Part shown: positions 37,336 through 47,455 of the stretch, in pieces
Numbering within the stretch: the stretch's first letter is position 1
Layout: the number at the start of each line of letters is the position of its first letter
Assembly: GCA_944381115.1 (NCBI GenBank)
Contig: CALWJV010000008.1
Span: 3,612-67,611, forward strand
DNA: 64,000 nucleotides
Direction: 5' to 3'
Source of the DNA: an uncultured Clostridia bacterium
GTDB taxonomy: Bacteria; Bacillota; Clostridia; Oscillospirales; CAG-272
Made by a program: the position numbers and the translations under genes
Notes under the pieces: model-generated
Told to the model about the DNA's origin: nothing
Database searches by the model: none
What the model saw: only the letters and a program-made list of their open reading frames with translations

Positions 37336-38889
37336 ATGAATAATTACATAGAACTTACAGACGGAAAAGAAAATACGGCATTAATGAAGGTTTATGAAGG
37401 GATAAAGCATACTGAGATAACAGAAGAATTTATACTGCCTGACTATCTTCCGGATGTAAAGCGAATAATAAGAGTTGATGCAAGACCGAAGATAGACGGT
37501 AAATTCATTACTGCGGGCAAAGTTGATTACGAAGGAGACGTTGTCTGTACACTGCTTTTCTGTGATGAAGAAAATAAATTAAAAACTGTGACTTTTACTG
37601 CTCCGTTTTCTGATAAAATAGACCTTTCAGACGGAGATGACGAATGCATTGCAAATCTGATACCGCATCCGGAAAGCATAAGTTGCAGGATGCTTAATCC
37701 AAGGCGAGTTTCGCTGCGTCTGCGTATTGACACATCGGCAACAGTTTGGTGTAACCGCTCATTTTCTCCGGAACTTTCGGGATTGTATTCAAAGGATAAA
37801 TCCGAATATGCAACCAAGGATGTCGATGTTCTTTCACTTATATGTGCGGGCGAAAGCGGATTAAACGCCTCTGCCGATCTTGAGGTTGACGGAGCACTTA
37901 TGCAGGTAGGAGATGTTATAAGTTGTAATGTTGACATGAGTTTTTACGAATGTAAAGGAGCGGAAGACAAAGTTCTTTGCAGAGGAGAAATGCCCATAAC
38001 AGTATTTTACAGTACTACTGACGGAGAGAGCGAAAATTATACGGTACTTTTCCGCAAACTTCCAATAGCACAGGTGGTAAGTGCAGAGGGTGTAACGGAG
38101 ATTTATGAATGTATGGCAAGAGGTAATGTTGACTCCGTAAAGGTAAATGTAGCCGAAAACGGCTTTGGAGAAAGAAGAATAATAGAACTTGACATAAATT
38201 ACAGAATATATCTTAACTGCGTGAGCAGGAATAAGGTTACTGTAACGGAGGATATATATATTCCGGGAACGGATGTAAGAACTGAAACTGTAAAACAGGA
38301 ATTTTGCCGTCTTTCGAAAACATATTCAAAAAATTTCAGCGTAAATTCGGTTTTTACCAAAGAAGAACTTAATTTATATACAGCAGAAAACATATTTGAA
38401 GTATCCTCTGATCCGAGGATAACAGATGTAAGAATGTCGGATGACGGTTTTAAACTTGTCGTTAGCGGAGTTTCACCGACAAGTGCAATAGTGAAAGGAA
38501 ACGAAGGACTTTTCAGTGTGGATTATACCGTGCCGTTTACCGTCGAACTTGATGCATCTGAAATACCGAAAAAATTTACATATAATGTTGATACGGTTTG
38601 TATGTGCGGAAAAGGAAGAATGGACAGTGAAAAACTATATACCGATCTTGAAATTCAAATGAACATTATGATACTGGGAATAAGCGAGGTACCAGTACTT
38701 ACAAAAGCGGAATTTACCGAAAAAGAGGAAAAAGAAGAAAAACCGCAGATGCGTTTCTTTTATCCTGCCGAAAATGAAAAACTTTGGGATATCGGAAAAA
38801 AATTCGGTATAAGTCAAAAAGCGCTTTACGATTCAAATAACATTATAGAAGAGAAAGTTCCACAGATACTTATTATTCCTACAAAATAA
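37336..38889 (+). CDS. DUF3794 (SPOCS) repeat protein with a C-terminal LysM domain; SipL-like spore morphogenesis candidate
   Basis: 517 aa. LPDYLPDVKRII and repeated beta-rich modules; the C-terminus YPAENEKLWDIGKKFGISQKALYDSNNI is LysM-like. Sits next to spoIVB. Confidence 0.6.
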   Translation: MNNYIELTDGKENTALMKVYEGIKHTEITEEFILPDYLPDVKRIIRVDARPKIDGKFITAGKVDYEGDVVCTLLFCDEENKLKTVTFTAPFSDKIDLSDGDDECIANLIPHPESISCRMLNPRRVSLRLRIDTSATVWCNRSFSPELSGLYSKDKSEYATKDVDVLSLICAGESGLNASADLEVDGALMQVGDVISCNVDMSFYECKGAEDKVLCRGEMPITVFYSTTDGESENYTVLFRKLPIAQVVSAEGVTEIYECMARGNVDSVKVNVAENGFGERRIIELDINYRIYLNCVSRNKVTVTEDIYIPGTDVRTETVKQEFCRLSKTYSKNFSVNSVFTKEELNLYTAENIFEVSSDPRITDVRMSDDGFKLVVSGVSPTSAIVKGNEGLFSVDYTVPFTVELDASEIPKKFTYNVDTVCMCGKGRMDSEKLYTDLEIQMNIMILGISEVPVLTKAEFTEKEEKEEKPQMRFFYPAENEKLWDIGKKFGISQKALYDSNNIIEEKVPQILIIPTK

Positions 38890-39116
38890 AATTTCAAAAT
38901 AAAAAATTGAAAACAAAAAATACCATGCATTTTTCTTTCGCATAAGCAGAAACTTTTATTATTAAATGGAAAAACGAAAGGCAAAATTTTAATGTAAAAA
39001 GTATCTGGTTTTTCCACATTAAAAGTACAGATTTTGTTGCTTATATTCAATACTGTTTTTGTGCAAATTAATAACAGAGAGAAAAACAAAAAAGTAAAAA
39101 AGCAGGGGAAGAAAAA

Positions 39117-40136
39117 ATGCTATTAAAAAATAAAAAATATAAAAGCCTGATCTGCCTACTGTTTTGCGTACTGATCTTAGCGGCATTGGTATTACCCCTA
39201 AATGCGCAAACTTCCTCAAACCCAAAAGAAGTATATATCGGAGGAACACTTTTCGGCGCCTCAATGTTTACCGACGGAGTACCTATAGTCAGCATTGACG
39301 TGGTGGAAACCGAAAAAGGTGCAAAAGCCCCTGCACATGATGCAGGACTGAAGGTCAAAGATATAATAAAGGAGATAAACGGTACACCGGTCACGACCTC
39401 GGAACAAATAACTTCATTTATAACAAAATGCGAGGGCGGAGAACTTAACGTAAAAGTTTTAAGAGGCAATAAAAACAAAACGGTCATACTGAAACCTATA
39501 AAGGCCAAGGATGGCGTATACCGTGCCGGAATATGGATACGGGACAACGCCGCAGGAATAGGAACGGTCACCTATATTGATCCTGAAACACTTGAGTTTG
39601 GCGGACTTGGACACGGAATATGCGATGGTCAGACGATGTCACTTATGCCGATACGACGCGGAAGTGTCAGTGAAGTTGAACTTGTAGGAATAGTAAAAGG
39701 TAAAAGTGGGATTCCGGGTGAAATTAAAGGGGCATTTAAAGGCGAAAAGACCGGCGCGCTGGTAAAAAATACCAACACCGGTGTATACGGAATATACACA
39801 TCTCTTCCAGAAGGTATAGTAAAAGAAAAAATACAGGTAGCGACGAAAAATGAAATATTTGAAGGTGAGGCACTTGTGCGCACATCTGTAAGCGGAAAGC
39901 CGGAGTACTATAAAGTTAAACTTTCAAAACTTAATTTGGGAGCAGAAAACGGAAAAAATTTTGTTGTTGAGGTAATCGACGAAAGGCTTATCGAAATAAC
40001 AGGAGGAATAGTTCAGGGGATGAGCGGAAGCCCGATAGTCCAAAACGGAAAACTTGTGGGTGCGATTACGCATGTTATGATCAACAATCCGACAATGGGG
40101 TATGGTATATTTATAGAAAACATGATCAATGAATAG
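39117..40136 (+). CDS. spoIVB: SpoIVB signalling serine peptidase (S55) with a PDZ domain
   Basis: GTVTYIDPETLEFGGLGHGI, and GGIVQGMSGSPIVQNGKLVGAITHV (catalytic Ser motif). Confidence 0.85.
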   Translation: MLLKNKKYKSLICLLFCVLILAALVLPLNAQTSSNPKEVYIGGTLFGASMFTDGVPIVSIDVVETEKGAKAPAHDAGLKVKDIIKEINGTPVTTSEQITSFITKCEGGELNVKVLRGNKNKTVILKPIKAKDGVYRAGIWIRDNAAGIGTVTYIDPETLEFGGLGHGICDGQTMSLMPIRRGSVSEVELVGIVKGKSGIPGEIKGAFKGEKTGALVKNTNTGVYGIYTSLPEGIVKEKIQVATKNEIFEGEALVRTSVSGKPEYYKVKLSKLNLGAENGKNFVVEVIDERLIEITGGIVQGMSGSPIVQNGKLVGAITHVMINNPTMGYGIFIENMINE

Positions 40137-40146
40137 GCGTAAAAAA

Positions 40147-40174
40147 AGAGAGACAAACTAAAGTCTCTCTTTTA
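40147..40174. terminator. Bidirectional terminator between spoIVB and the convergent GH gene
   Basis: AGAGAGAC pairs with GTCTCTCT, flanked by an A-run and a T-run. Confidence 0.75.
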
Positions 40175-40233
40175 AATTTTTTAAAATAATTTTATAAAAA
40201 CTTTGTAAGGTAGCGGTTAATTTTGGAATTAAA

Positions 40234-41679
40234 TTAAAGATTTTCGTAAATATAGCCAATAACACCTGCAGACCAACCATGGCAAAGGCTTTTTCTGTAA
40301 CCTATGTAACAGTGTTCACCGAAATCTCCATGGGAGCAAAGTTTACTTTCAGTTGGGATTTTATTAATGGGAGATCCTTCTGTCCAGTTCATTTCAAAAT
40401 GTTCCCAAAAAGTTGTAGACCCAAGTGAAAGCATAGCACCGAAGTATTCCTTCATCACTTTTTCAGAAAGAGTTTTATCAAAAGATGCGATTGCCGTTAA
40501 AATATAGTACCCAAGAAAAGTTGACATACCGTCAGCGCCTTCTTTGATAAGTATGTTACGTTCATTTTCTGAAATAGATCCTGTTGCAAAATATTTAAGT
40601 GCTGCAACGGTCGAGCACTTTGCGACTATTTCCTTTTTTTTTGCTCTTTGAATAAAAATTTTTGCAAAGTATGGATCTCTTCCGTATTTTTCAAGAAGTT
40701 CTGCTGTTGCTCTTCCTCCCATTACCGCAATAGCACGAAAACCTTCTTTTACATCATCAGGACGGTTTGCATTTTTCCAATCGAGAAAGTATGCCGGAAA
40801 TTTAAAATCTCCAAATTCATTTACATGGTTATAAAATTGTTTTGAAAGTTCCTCGAGATAGTCAAGTTGACGTATAACAAAATCTTCTGCTCCCGTTCTT
40901 TTAAGATAATCTTGCAGACTTATTGCCCACCAAAGCGAATATGTTGGGAAATTATTCATCCATCTTGGAAGTGGTGCATGAAGTTTGGCAAATTCAAGAG
41001 TGTTTTCAACTTCTTTTGTTCTGCCGTAAAGGACTGATATTGCAATAATTTCAGGAGTAAGATCTCCTGCCCAGACAAGTCGGTCTCTTTTTACTCCATC
41101 CCAAATGAATCCGCGCGCGGCGCAAAGATCAACAGTACGTTTTGCTGCTTTGAATATTTTTTCTGTCTGCTTATCTCCGCGGTATATATATTTTGCTTTT
41201 TTTGAAAGTATAGTGTTTATACATACTACACTTTTTAATTCACATTTTCCGCTGAAATCAAGTCTTACGAATCTAAACCCGGTATCACCTATAGGTGTAT
41301 CTGACCAACTTGGAAGCGTTATGTACAGATCGCGCAGTGCGTGATCGTTTGTTGAATTTTGACGGATCGTTTTTTCATCAATTGTTCTGGCAACGGTTTT
41401 ACCTGAATATTCTTCGCCTTTTCCAAGTTCAGAACAGCATTCACCGACGCTTTCTCCAAATCGTATTCGTACCGGATTCTGGTCTGAAGAAAATGCCAAA
41501 ATACGTATTCCGCCAAGCATTTCTTTTCCGAAATCAAGAATAATATAACTTTTTGAACCGGTTTTAGCAAGACAGGGTTCATACAGATCTATCTGAAGTT
41601 CCTGTTTTAAAAGAAGGGCTTCCGGATTTTCAATACCATTTACTTTTATAATTTTTTTAGGATAAATTACCTGGTTCAT
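40234..41679 (-). CDS. Six-hairpin (alpha/alpha)6 glycoside hydrolase, alpha-L-rhamnosidase-related
   Basis: 481 aa. WDGVKRDRLVWAGD and the C-terminal LCHGWSAG resemble rhamnosidase/GH78-like catalytic-domain motifs. Family assignment is tentative. Confidence 0.55.
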   Translation of the reverse strand: MNQVIYPKKIIKVNGIENPEALLLKQELQIDLYEPCLAKTGSKSYIILDFGKEMLGGIRILAFSSDQNPVRIRFGESVGECCSELGKGEEYSGKTVARTIDEKTIRQNSTNDHALRDLYITLPSWSDTPIGDTGFRFVRLDFSGKCELKSVVCINTILSKKAKYIYRGDKQTEKIFKAAKRTVDLCAARGFIWDGVKRDRLVWAGDLTPEIIAISVLYGRTKEVENTLEFAKLHAPLPRWMNNFPTYSLWWAISLQDYLKRTGAEDFVIRQLDYLEELSKQFYNHVNEFGDFKFPAYFLDWKNANRPDDVKEGFRAIAVMGGRATAELLEKYGRDPYFAKIFIQRAKKKEIVAKCSTVAALKYFATGSISENERNILIKEGADGMSTFLGYYILTAIASFDKTLSEKVMKEYFGAMLSLGSTTFWEHFEMNWTEGSPINKIPTESKLCSHGDFGEHCYIGYRKSLCHGWSAGVIGYIYENL

Positions 41680-41822
41680 AGAATAGTTTCTCCTTGGTAT
41701 ATTTTTAAAAAATTTTTATAAAATCAGTTCAAATCAATTATACCATATATTAAAAAATATTTAGTGATATATTTATCTTTACAACATAAAAAACAGCACT
41801 TACAAAAATCAGTGCTGTTTTA

Positions 41823-41898
41823 TGGAGCTGCTAACCGGATTCGAACCGGTGACCTCGTCCTTACCAAGGACGTGCTCTACCTGCTGAGCCATAGCAGC
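41823..41898 (-). tRNA. tRNA-Thr (anticodon GGU), CCA encoded
   Basis: Reverse complement GCTGCTA-TG-GCTC..GAGC-A-CGTCC-TTGGTAA-GGACG-AGGTC-ACCGG-TTCGAAT-CCGGT-TAGCAGC-T-CCA is a perfect cloverleaf. A terminator hairpin lies at 41792-41820. Confidence 0.92.
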
Positions 41899-42055
41899 AA
41901 AATTTTGGTTTGCAACGCATATTATTATATCAGAAATAAATTTTTTTGTCAATAGTTTTTTGAAAGTTTTATAATTTAAAATATACACATTTATTAATAA
42001 ATGAGGAATAAAGACATATAATATTATTTAAAAAATAAAAATTTTACATTTTATA

Positions 42056-42084
42056 TTGACTTTTTCAAAAAAATGTGTTATACT
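42056..42084 (+). promoter_or_regulatory. Sigma-A-type promoter upstream of tRNA-Ser
   Basis: TTGACT, 17 nt, then TATACT. It is about 130 nt upstream of the tRNA, so the assignment is uncertain. Confidence 0.4.
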
Positions 42085-42215
42085 AACATCATATGTGAAA
42101 AATTTTATAAAATATTGTATTGATAATAAAAAAGTTAGGTATTTTAAAAATTTTTCAGAGCTTTATTTGTTAGTTTAATTTTTGTATTGTGATTAATAAC
42201 AGATAACAGTTTTAC

Positions 42216-42304
42216 GGAGGGATATCGAAGTGGTCATAACGAGGCGGTCTTGAAAACCGTTTGGGGGCAACCCCACAAGGGTTCGAATCCCTTTCCCTCC
42301 GCCA
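42216..42304 (+). tRNA. tRNA-Ser (anticodon UGA), long variable arm, CCA encoded
   Basis: Acceptor GGAGGGA/TCCCTCC, anticodon arm GCGGT-CTTGAAA-ACCGT, variable arm TTGGGGGCAACCCCACA, T arm AAGGG-TTCGAAT-CCCTT. Confidence 0.92.
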
Positions 42305-42422
42305 ATGAAAGGCAGTGGCATAGCATGTGCTGCTGCCTTTTTCGTTTGTTAATTGAGTTCGACGGGTGGTAAGTAATGGACAGTCCTATGGACTGTCAAA
42401 GCCGACCATGACCGAGACCGCA

Positions 42423-42452
42423 GGAGAGAGCGAATCCCATTTCTCTCCGCCA
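42423..42452 (+). repeat. Degenerate direct duplicate of the tRNA-Ser 3' end (att-like scar) that can fold as a minihelix ending in GCCA
   Basis: GGAGAGAGCGAATCCCATTTCTCTCCGCCA compared with the tRNA 3' end GGGTTCGAATCCCTTTCCCTCCGCCA. GGAGAGA pairs with TCTCTCC. Confidence 0.55.
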
Positions 42453-42845
42453 AATATGCGGCTTTTAATATAGGAAGCGGCTTATACTATCAGGTTCAAC
42501 ATTATTGTCAAAAAAGCGGAGAATTCTAACTATGGATTAAGGTCTTTCTGTCAACAGTCAGATTCTTGTTTTGATTTGTGAAAGCATAAATAAGTTTGAG
42601 ACGGTAAACAGTAAAATTTAAGGAAAAATAAGACCTGATATAAATATAAAACCACAGAAAAAGCAATATTTAAGGGCTATGGCATTGCCAAGGCTCTTTT
42701 TTAATGCCGGATGTTAAACCGTATGTGCCCACACCGTTTGTTATCAACCGATATTTTGAAAATTTTTCAGAAGTTTTACAAAAAGTCTTGACTTTAAGTT
42801 AATTCCAGGGTGTATAATATTTTTATATAATGGAAGGTCCTTTAT

Positions 42846-43427
42846 ATGACGATAAAACAGGTGAGCAAAAAATTCGGAATTTTCGAAGATACCTTGCGAT
42901 ATTATGAACAGGCGGATATGATACTGCTTGTTATACGAACTTAATCTGTGATACTAAATTATACCGAAGAAGATCTGAATTGGTTCGAGCTTTATGTATA
43001 AACGTCGAACTTCCAATATAGGCAATGGTTGAATACAGAAAGCTTTTTGAGATGGGAGACAGAACGATTACGGACAAGCTGAAACTGCTTACAGATCAAA
43101 GGAATGCACTACTTGAACAGCGTCAGAAGATTTATGAAACCCTTGACCGGTTGAATTACAAGATTGCTCGGTATAAGAGCGCAGGCAGTTGCGTTTACTG
43201 CCTTCATTGTATGTCAACCCCTTGTCCGATGGGAATTGGTCAACAAGTATTACGATCTCCTTGCGTTGATGGGAGATGAACTTTCTGTCAGTCACTATGA
43301 TAAATTTGACATTAAGGCGGATACCTGCATCGGATGCGGCAACTACGATAGTCGTTGCCCATTCAAAATTGATCAAAGCAAAATAATGCAGAAAATAGCG
43401 GCATATTTTAAGGAAAATCAGGCATAA
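42846..43427 (+). pseudogene. Decayed MerR-family regulator gene fused by deletion to the 3' fragment of an aldo/keto reductase-4Fe-4S gene
   Basis: MTIKQVSKKFGIFEDTLRYYEQ.. stops at 42942. NYTEEDLNWFEL and MVEYRKLFEMGD...LDRLNYKIARYK follow in other frames. Then CVYCLHC..CPMGI and ..CIGCGNYDSRCPFKIDQSKIMQKIAAYF resemble the C-terminus of the intact gene at 43554. Confidence 0.65.
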
Positions 43428-43553
43428 AATAATGTTCTGTTCTCACTTGATTACTTTCAACATTGTTTTCCGGTTGTGCCGCAAAAAAACAACACCTACG
43501 TAAGAGGAACTGTAAATGTAATTTTAATACTATAAAAAAAGGAGAATAAACAG

Positions 43554-44684
43554 ATGATATACAGAGATTTTAAAGGAATAAAACTTTCAGCACTTGGTTT
43601 TGGAACAATGCGTTTACCCGTAAATAACGGTAACGATACCGACATTTGCGAAAAAGAAGCGGAAAAGATGTATGCCTATGCCTATGAGCATGGCGTGAAC
43701 TATTTTGATACGGCGTGGGGATACCATAGCGGCAAGTCAGAACTCATGGCGGGAAAATTTTTGTCCAGTTATCCGCGAAATACATATTACCTTGCTACTA
43801 AATTTCCTGGTTATGACAATTCCAACATGCCCAAGGTCCGCGAGATTTTTGAAGAACAACTTAAGAAATGTCAGACTGAATATTTTGATTTTTACCTGTT
43901 TCACAATGTTTACGAAGGAAACATCGACGATTATCTTGACCCAAGGTTCCATGTTATGGAAACACTTATGGAGTTCAAAGCCGCAGGAAAGATCAAGCAT
44001 CTTGGCTTTTCGACACACGGATCGATCGAAGTAATTAAGCGTTTTCTCAACGCCTACGGAAAAAACATGGAATTCTGCCAGCTTCAGGTCAACTACATGG
44101 ATTGGCATTTTCAGAACGCAGAGGAAAAGGTAAAGCTTGTATCCGAGTGGGGGATCCCGATTTGGGTCATGGAACCTCTTCGCGGAGGAAAGTTGGCAAA
44201 AGCAGATGAGGAAATGGCATCGACTTTGAGAGAAATACGTCCGAATACGAGTATTCCAAGTTTTGCATTCCGTTTTTTGCAGTCGATTCCCGGTGTGACA
44301 GTTGTTCTTTCCGGTATGTCAGATATGGAACAAATGAAAGAGAATATTAAAATCTGGAATACTGATGAACCGCTGAGTAAATCTGAATTTGACCGGCTTG
44401 TTGCGATGACCGATAAACATACAAAAAAAGGAGAAGTTCCTTGTACTGCATGCCACTACTGTACGAGCCACTGTCCGCAGTCACTCCCGATTCCCGATTT
44501 AATCTCCCTTTATAACGAGCATAAGATTACAGGCGGCGGATTTATTGCACCTATGGCGATTGCCGCAATGTCCGAAGATAAACGCCCGCATAATTGCATT
44601 GGTTGCCGTAGTTGTGAGGCAGTATGCCCGCAACAGATAAAGATTTCCGAAATTATGAGTGAATTTGCGGAGATGATGAAATAA
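43554..44684 (+). CDS. Aldo/keto reductase with a C-terminal 4Fe-4S ferredoxin-type domain
   Basis: LGFGTMRLP, NYFDTAWGYH, and the two Cys clusters CTACHYCTSHCP and CIGCRSCEAVCP. Confidence 0.85.
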   Translation: MIYRDFKGIKLSALGFGTMRLPVNNGNDTDICEKEAEKMYAYAYEHGVNYFDTAWGYHSGKSELMAGKFLSSYPRNTYYLATKFPGYDNSNMPKVREIFEEQLKKCQTEYFDFYLFHNVYEGNIDDYLDPRFHVMETLMEFKAAGKIKHLGFSTHGSIEVIKRFLNAYGKNMEFCQLQVNYMDWHFQNAEEKVKLVSEWGIPIWVMEPLRGGKLAKADEEMASTLREIRPNTSIPSFAFRFLQSIPGVTVVLSGMSDMEQMKENIKIWNTDEPLSKSEFDRLVAMTDKHTKKGEVPCTACHYCTSHCPQSLPIPDLISLYNEHKITGGGFIAPMAIAAMSEDKRPHNCIGCRSCEAVCPQQIKISEIMSEFAEMMK

Positions 44685-45129
44685 GCGGACGAGTATTTTC
44701 TGTGACGCTGAAAATAACCGAAAACCATGGATCGTAATTGTTTAAAAATCATTATAAATTCCTTTTATTTAATGTCCTCCATTTTTATTAAAATAATTCG
44801 TATTTCTATATTTTTGTTCAGATGCAAAAGGTTTGACAACCGTTCGGGTGTAAGACCAAACGGGACAGAATTAATTTTTTACAAAAGATTTGCGGATATT
44901 TACCACAAAAATTCGGTCTTTCGGTTTATTTTAAGTAGGTTATCAATGGAGTTGTTTGAAAAAATTGCAATTTCATTTTTAACCGCAAATTAAAGCAAAA
45001 GTCAGGAAGAAACTTTTGCTTTTTTTGTACAATAAAAAATCGGCATAGTAATTTTAATAAAAGTTACTATGCCTTTATAATTATTTACTTTGGTTGTATT
45101 TTAACTTCTGCCGTTCTGTTTACTCTGTT

Positions 45130-46347
45130 TTATGTTAGTGTGTTTTTAAAAGAGGACATAAATTCCTTAATTTTATATTCATATTTGGAAAAATCAAAAA
45201 TTTTTGAATTTGCAATTTTGATTTTAAGTTGTCGCCTGTCATTCAAAGATATTTCACATAATTTTTTTACGGTGACTGAGTCCTTATCAATATCGCCGGT
45301 AAGTTTAAACCCGGAGATTCCTTCTTCAAGATAATCAAAAGTATCGCTTATATCATTTATTACTACCGGAGTACCCAAAGATACACTTTCTACGATTTTA
45401 GTTGAAAAACCTGCTTTTGTCATAAGATTTTCATCTCTGTAATTTATAGAAAAATCGGATGTTGAAATCATGAATAATGTCTCTTTGTGACTTAGTTTTC
45501 CGTAAAAAAAGATGTTATTTATATTTTCAAGCGCTTTTTTGTGTTTTGGGACTCCTATAAGGTAGTCTTCTTTAGTAATCCCGATAATATTAAAAATGTA
45601 CTTTACCCCTTTTTCTGAGAGAGCAATGAAAATATCTATTACTTTATCCAAGCGGTCTTTCATACCTTTCGGATCGACCTTGTGTCCTGTAATTAAAAAC
45701 GGAGTTCCTGCGTAGATAAAAGAAGAAGTTTCATTCGGTGTAAAATCAGAAGGAGTTTGCCCGCAGTCAAATAATGGGGGAAGTATGATGGTGGGTCTTC
45801 CCGGTTTTCTGAAATAATCTGCTATGAAATGACTTATTGCAATAATACCATCAGCATATTTTTTGTTGATTGAATGCAAATAATTCCAATTTAATTTCAT
45901 TACAATTTTTCTGATTGGAGACTGTAGATCAAAGATCGGCAGATCTGCGCAGTTAACAATATACGGAACGTTATTTTTTTTACACCATTTTGCAATTTTT
46001 TTAACTGCAACAGCATATGAAGGCGATTGATATGTGATTACACCGTCTATTTTAAATTCTTTTTTTTGAAGATTCAAGTTGTTTATAATAAGTTTGCAAA
46101 TATCTTTGCATATAAATATTCCCGGTGTATTCAGTGAGTTCGGTAATTCCAAATAATGATCTTTAAATGTGTCTGATTGAGGCAAGGGTTGTAAATTTTT
46201 GAAGCTGGTGATATAACGGTTTACTCCGATATAAAAAACACTATATCCAAAAGAGTTAAATATTTTTCCGTTATTTAAAACCAAATGTGCTTGTACATTT
46301 TGATTTCTTAAATCAAAATCACCTATATAAATAATGCATTTTTTCAT
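45130..46347 (-). CDS. Glycosyltransferase, GT-B fold (GT4-like)
   Basis: 405 aa. The C-terminal region GFSTKIVESVSLGTPVVIND fits the E-x7-E region of GT4 enzymes. Confidence 0.7.
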   Translation of the reverse strand: MKKCIIYIGDFDLRNQNVQAHLVLNNGKIFNSFGYSVFYIGVNRYITSFKNLQPLPQSDTFKDHYLELPNSLNTPGIFICKDICKLIINNLNLQKKEFKIDGVITYQSPSYAVAVKKIAKWCKKNNVPYIVNCADLPIFDLQSPIRKIVMKLNWNYLHSINKKYADGIIAISHFIADYFRKPGRPTIILPPLFDCGQTPSDFTPNETSSFIYAGTPFLITGHKVDPKGMKDRLDKVIDIFIALSEKGVKYIFNIIGITKEDYLIGVPKHKKALENINNIFFYGKLSHKETLFMISTSDFSINYRDENLMTKAGFSTKIVESVSLGTPVVINDISDTFDYLEEGISGFKLTGDIDKDSVTVKKLCEISLNDRRQLKIKIANSKIFDFSKYEYKIKEFMSSFKNTLT

Positions 46348-46634
46348 TTTTAATCCTCAAGACCAAATATGGATCATTGGTCTTTAATTACAATTTCGGA
46401 ATTAAAACCTGCAATTGCAGTGTTTTTTATTACATTGAGTATTTGTAATTATTGCCTGTTTTTGTCTGTCAGAAATCACAATACCATACTTATAATTTTT
46501 TGGATATACGGTAAAGTAATTGTCAAGCACTTGTATTTCCGACGTTTATCGAAAAAGAATTTAAAGCAGTATAATATGCAAAATCAGATTTAACATAAAA
46601 AATCATGTTAATATATTGCATAAGATTTTTCAGA

Positions 46635-47447
46635 TCATCTCAAGTTGTTATACACCCAATTTAACATTTTTTTGGGCATAATGTATATTGCGATCTGTGC
46701 AAATTTAACGATAGTATAGTCGAGGTACGAGCAATATTTATTTTTTCTGAATTGCTTCCAGATATCTATCATCAATTTGGAATTTTTCCATTCTTTACGT
46801 CTTTCGAGCGTTTTGCTGTCAAAGCGAAAATCGACAAGAATTTCATCAATGTTTTCACATCGATACCCATTATTCAACATCCGCACCCATAATTCAACAT
46901 CCTGATTAGTTCTCATTTCGCTATAATTTCCGGCTTCGAGTACTGCAGTTTTACGTAACATAACGGTTGAATGATTAAACGGATTTCTGCGGCGTGCATA
47001 TTTTTTAATATTTTCAAATCCTATTGGAACTTTTTTTACGCGTATCGGAATATTTGGATCATCATAAAATTCATTCATATGAGCCCCGACAAGTGCACAA
47101 TCAGGGTTTTTCATAAGGTATTCCGTTTCATGCTCACATCTTTGAGGTTTTGCTATATCATCATTGTCCATACGTGCAATAAACTCATTTTTACAAATAT
47201 GAATACCTTGTCTAAGCGCTGCTCCGAGACCGACATTCTGAGGCAGGCGGACAATATTAAAGATTTTCGGATAACCATTTGCATAAGCATCAATAGTGGT
47301 GTTAAGATTTTTGGTCAATTCTCCGTCACAGACTAAAACAAAATCGTTTGTTTTGTGAGTCTGGGCCAACATACTGTCAATTCCTGCTTTTAAATAATCC
47401 GGATTGTCCTTTTTATACACAGTCATCAATACGCTGTAATTATCCAT
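46635..47447 (-). CDS. Glycosyltransferase family 2
   Basis: SVLMTVYKKDNPDYLKAGIDSMLAQT, VLVCDG, ARMDNDD (DxD). Confidence 0.85.
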   Translation of the reverse strand: MDNYSVLMTVYKKDNPDYLKAGIDSMLAQTHKTNDFVLVCDGELTKNLNTTIDAYANGYPKIFNIVRLPQNVGLGAALRQGIHICKNEFIARMDNDDIAKPQRCEHETEYLMKNPDCALVGAHMNEFYDDPNIPIRVKKVPIGFENIKKYARRRNPFNHSTVMLRKTAVLEAGNYSEMRTNQDVELWVRMLNNGYRCENIDEILVDFRFDSKTLERRKEWKNSKLMIDIWKQFRKNKYCSYLDYTIVKFAQIAIYIMPKKMLNWVYNNLR

Positions 47448-47455
47448 TATTTACC

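Noticed and set aside
42340-42422. Possible additional tRNA or tRNA-Sec-like gene between tRNA-Ser and its 3'-end duplicate.
   Set aside because: The only strong structure is an 8-bp hairpin with a 3-nt loop (GACAGTCC-TAT-GGACTGTC). No D arm or 7-nt anticodon loop can be drawn.
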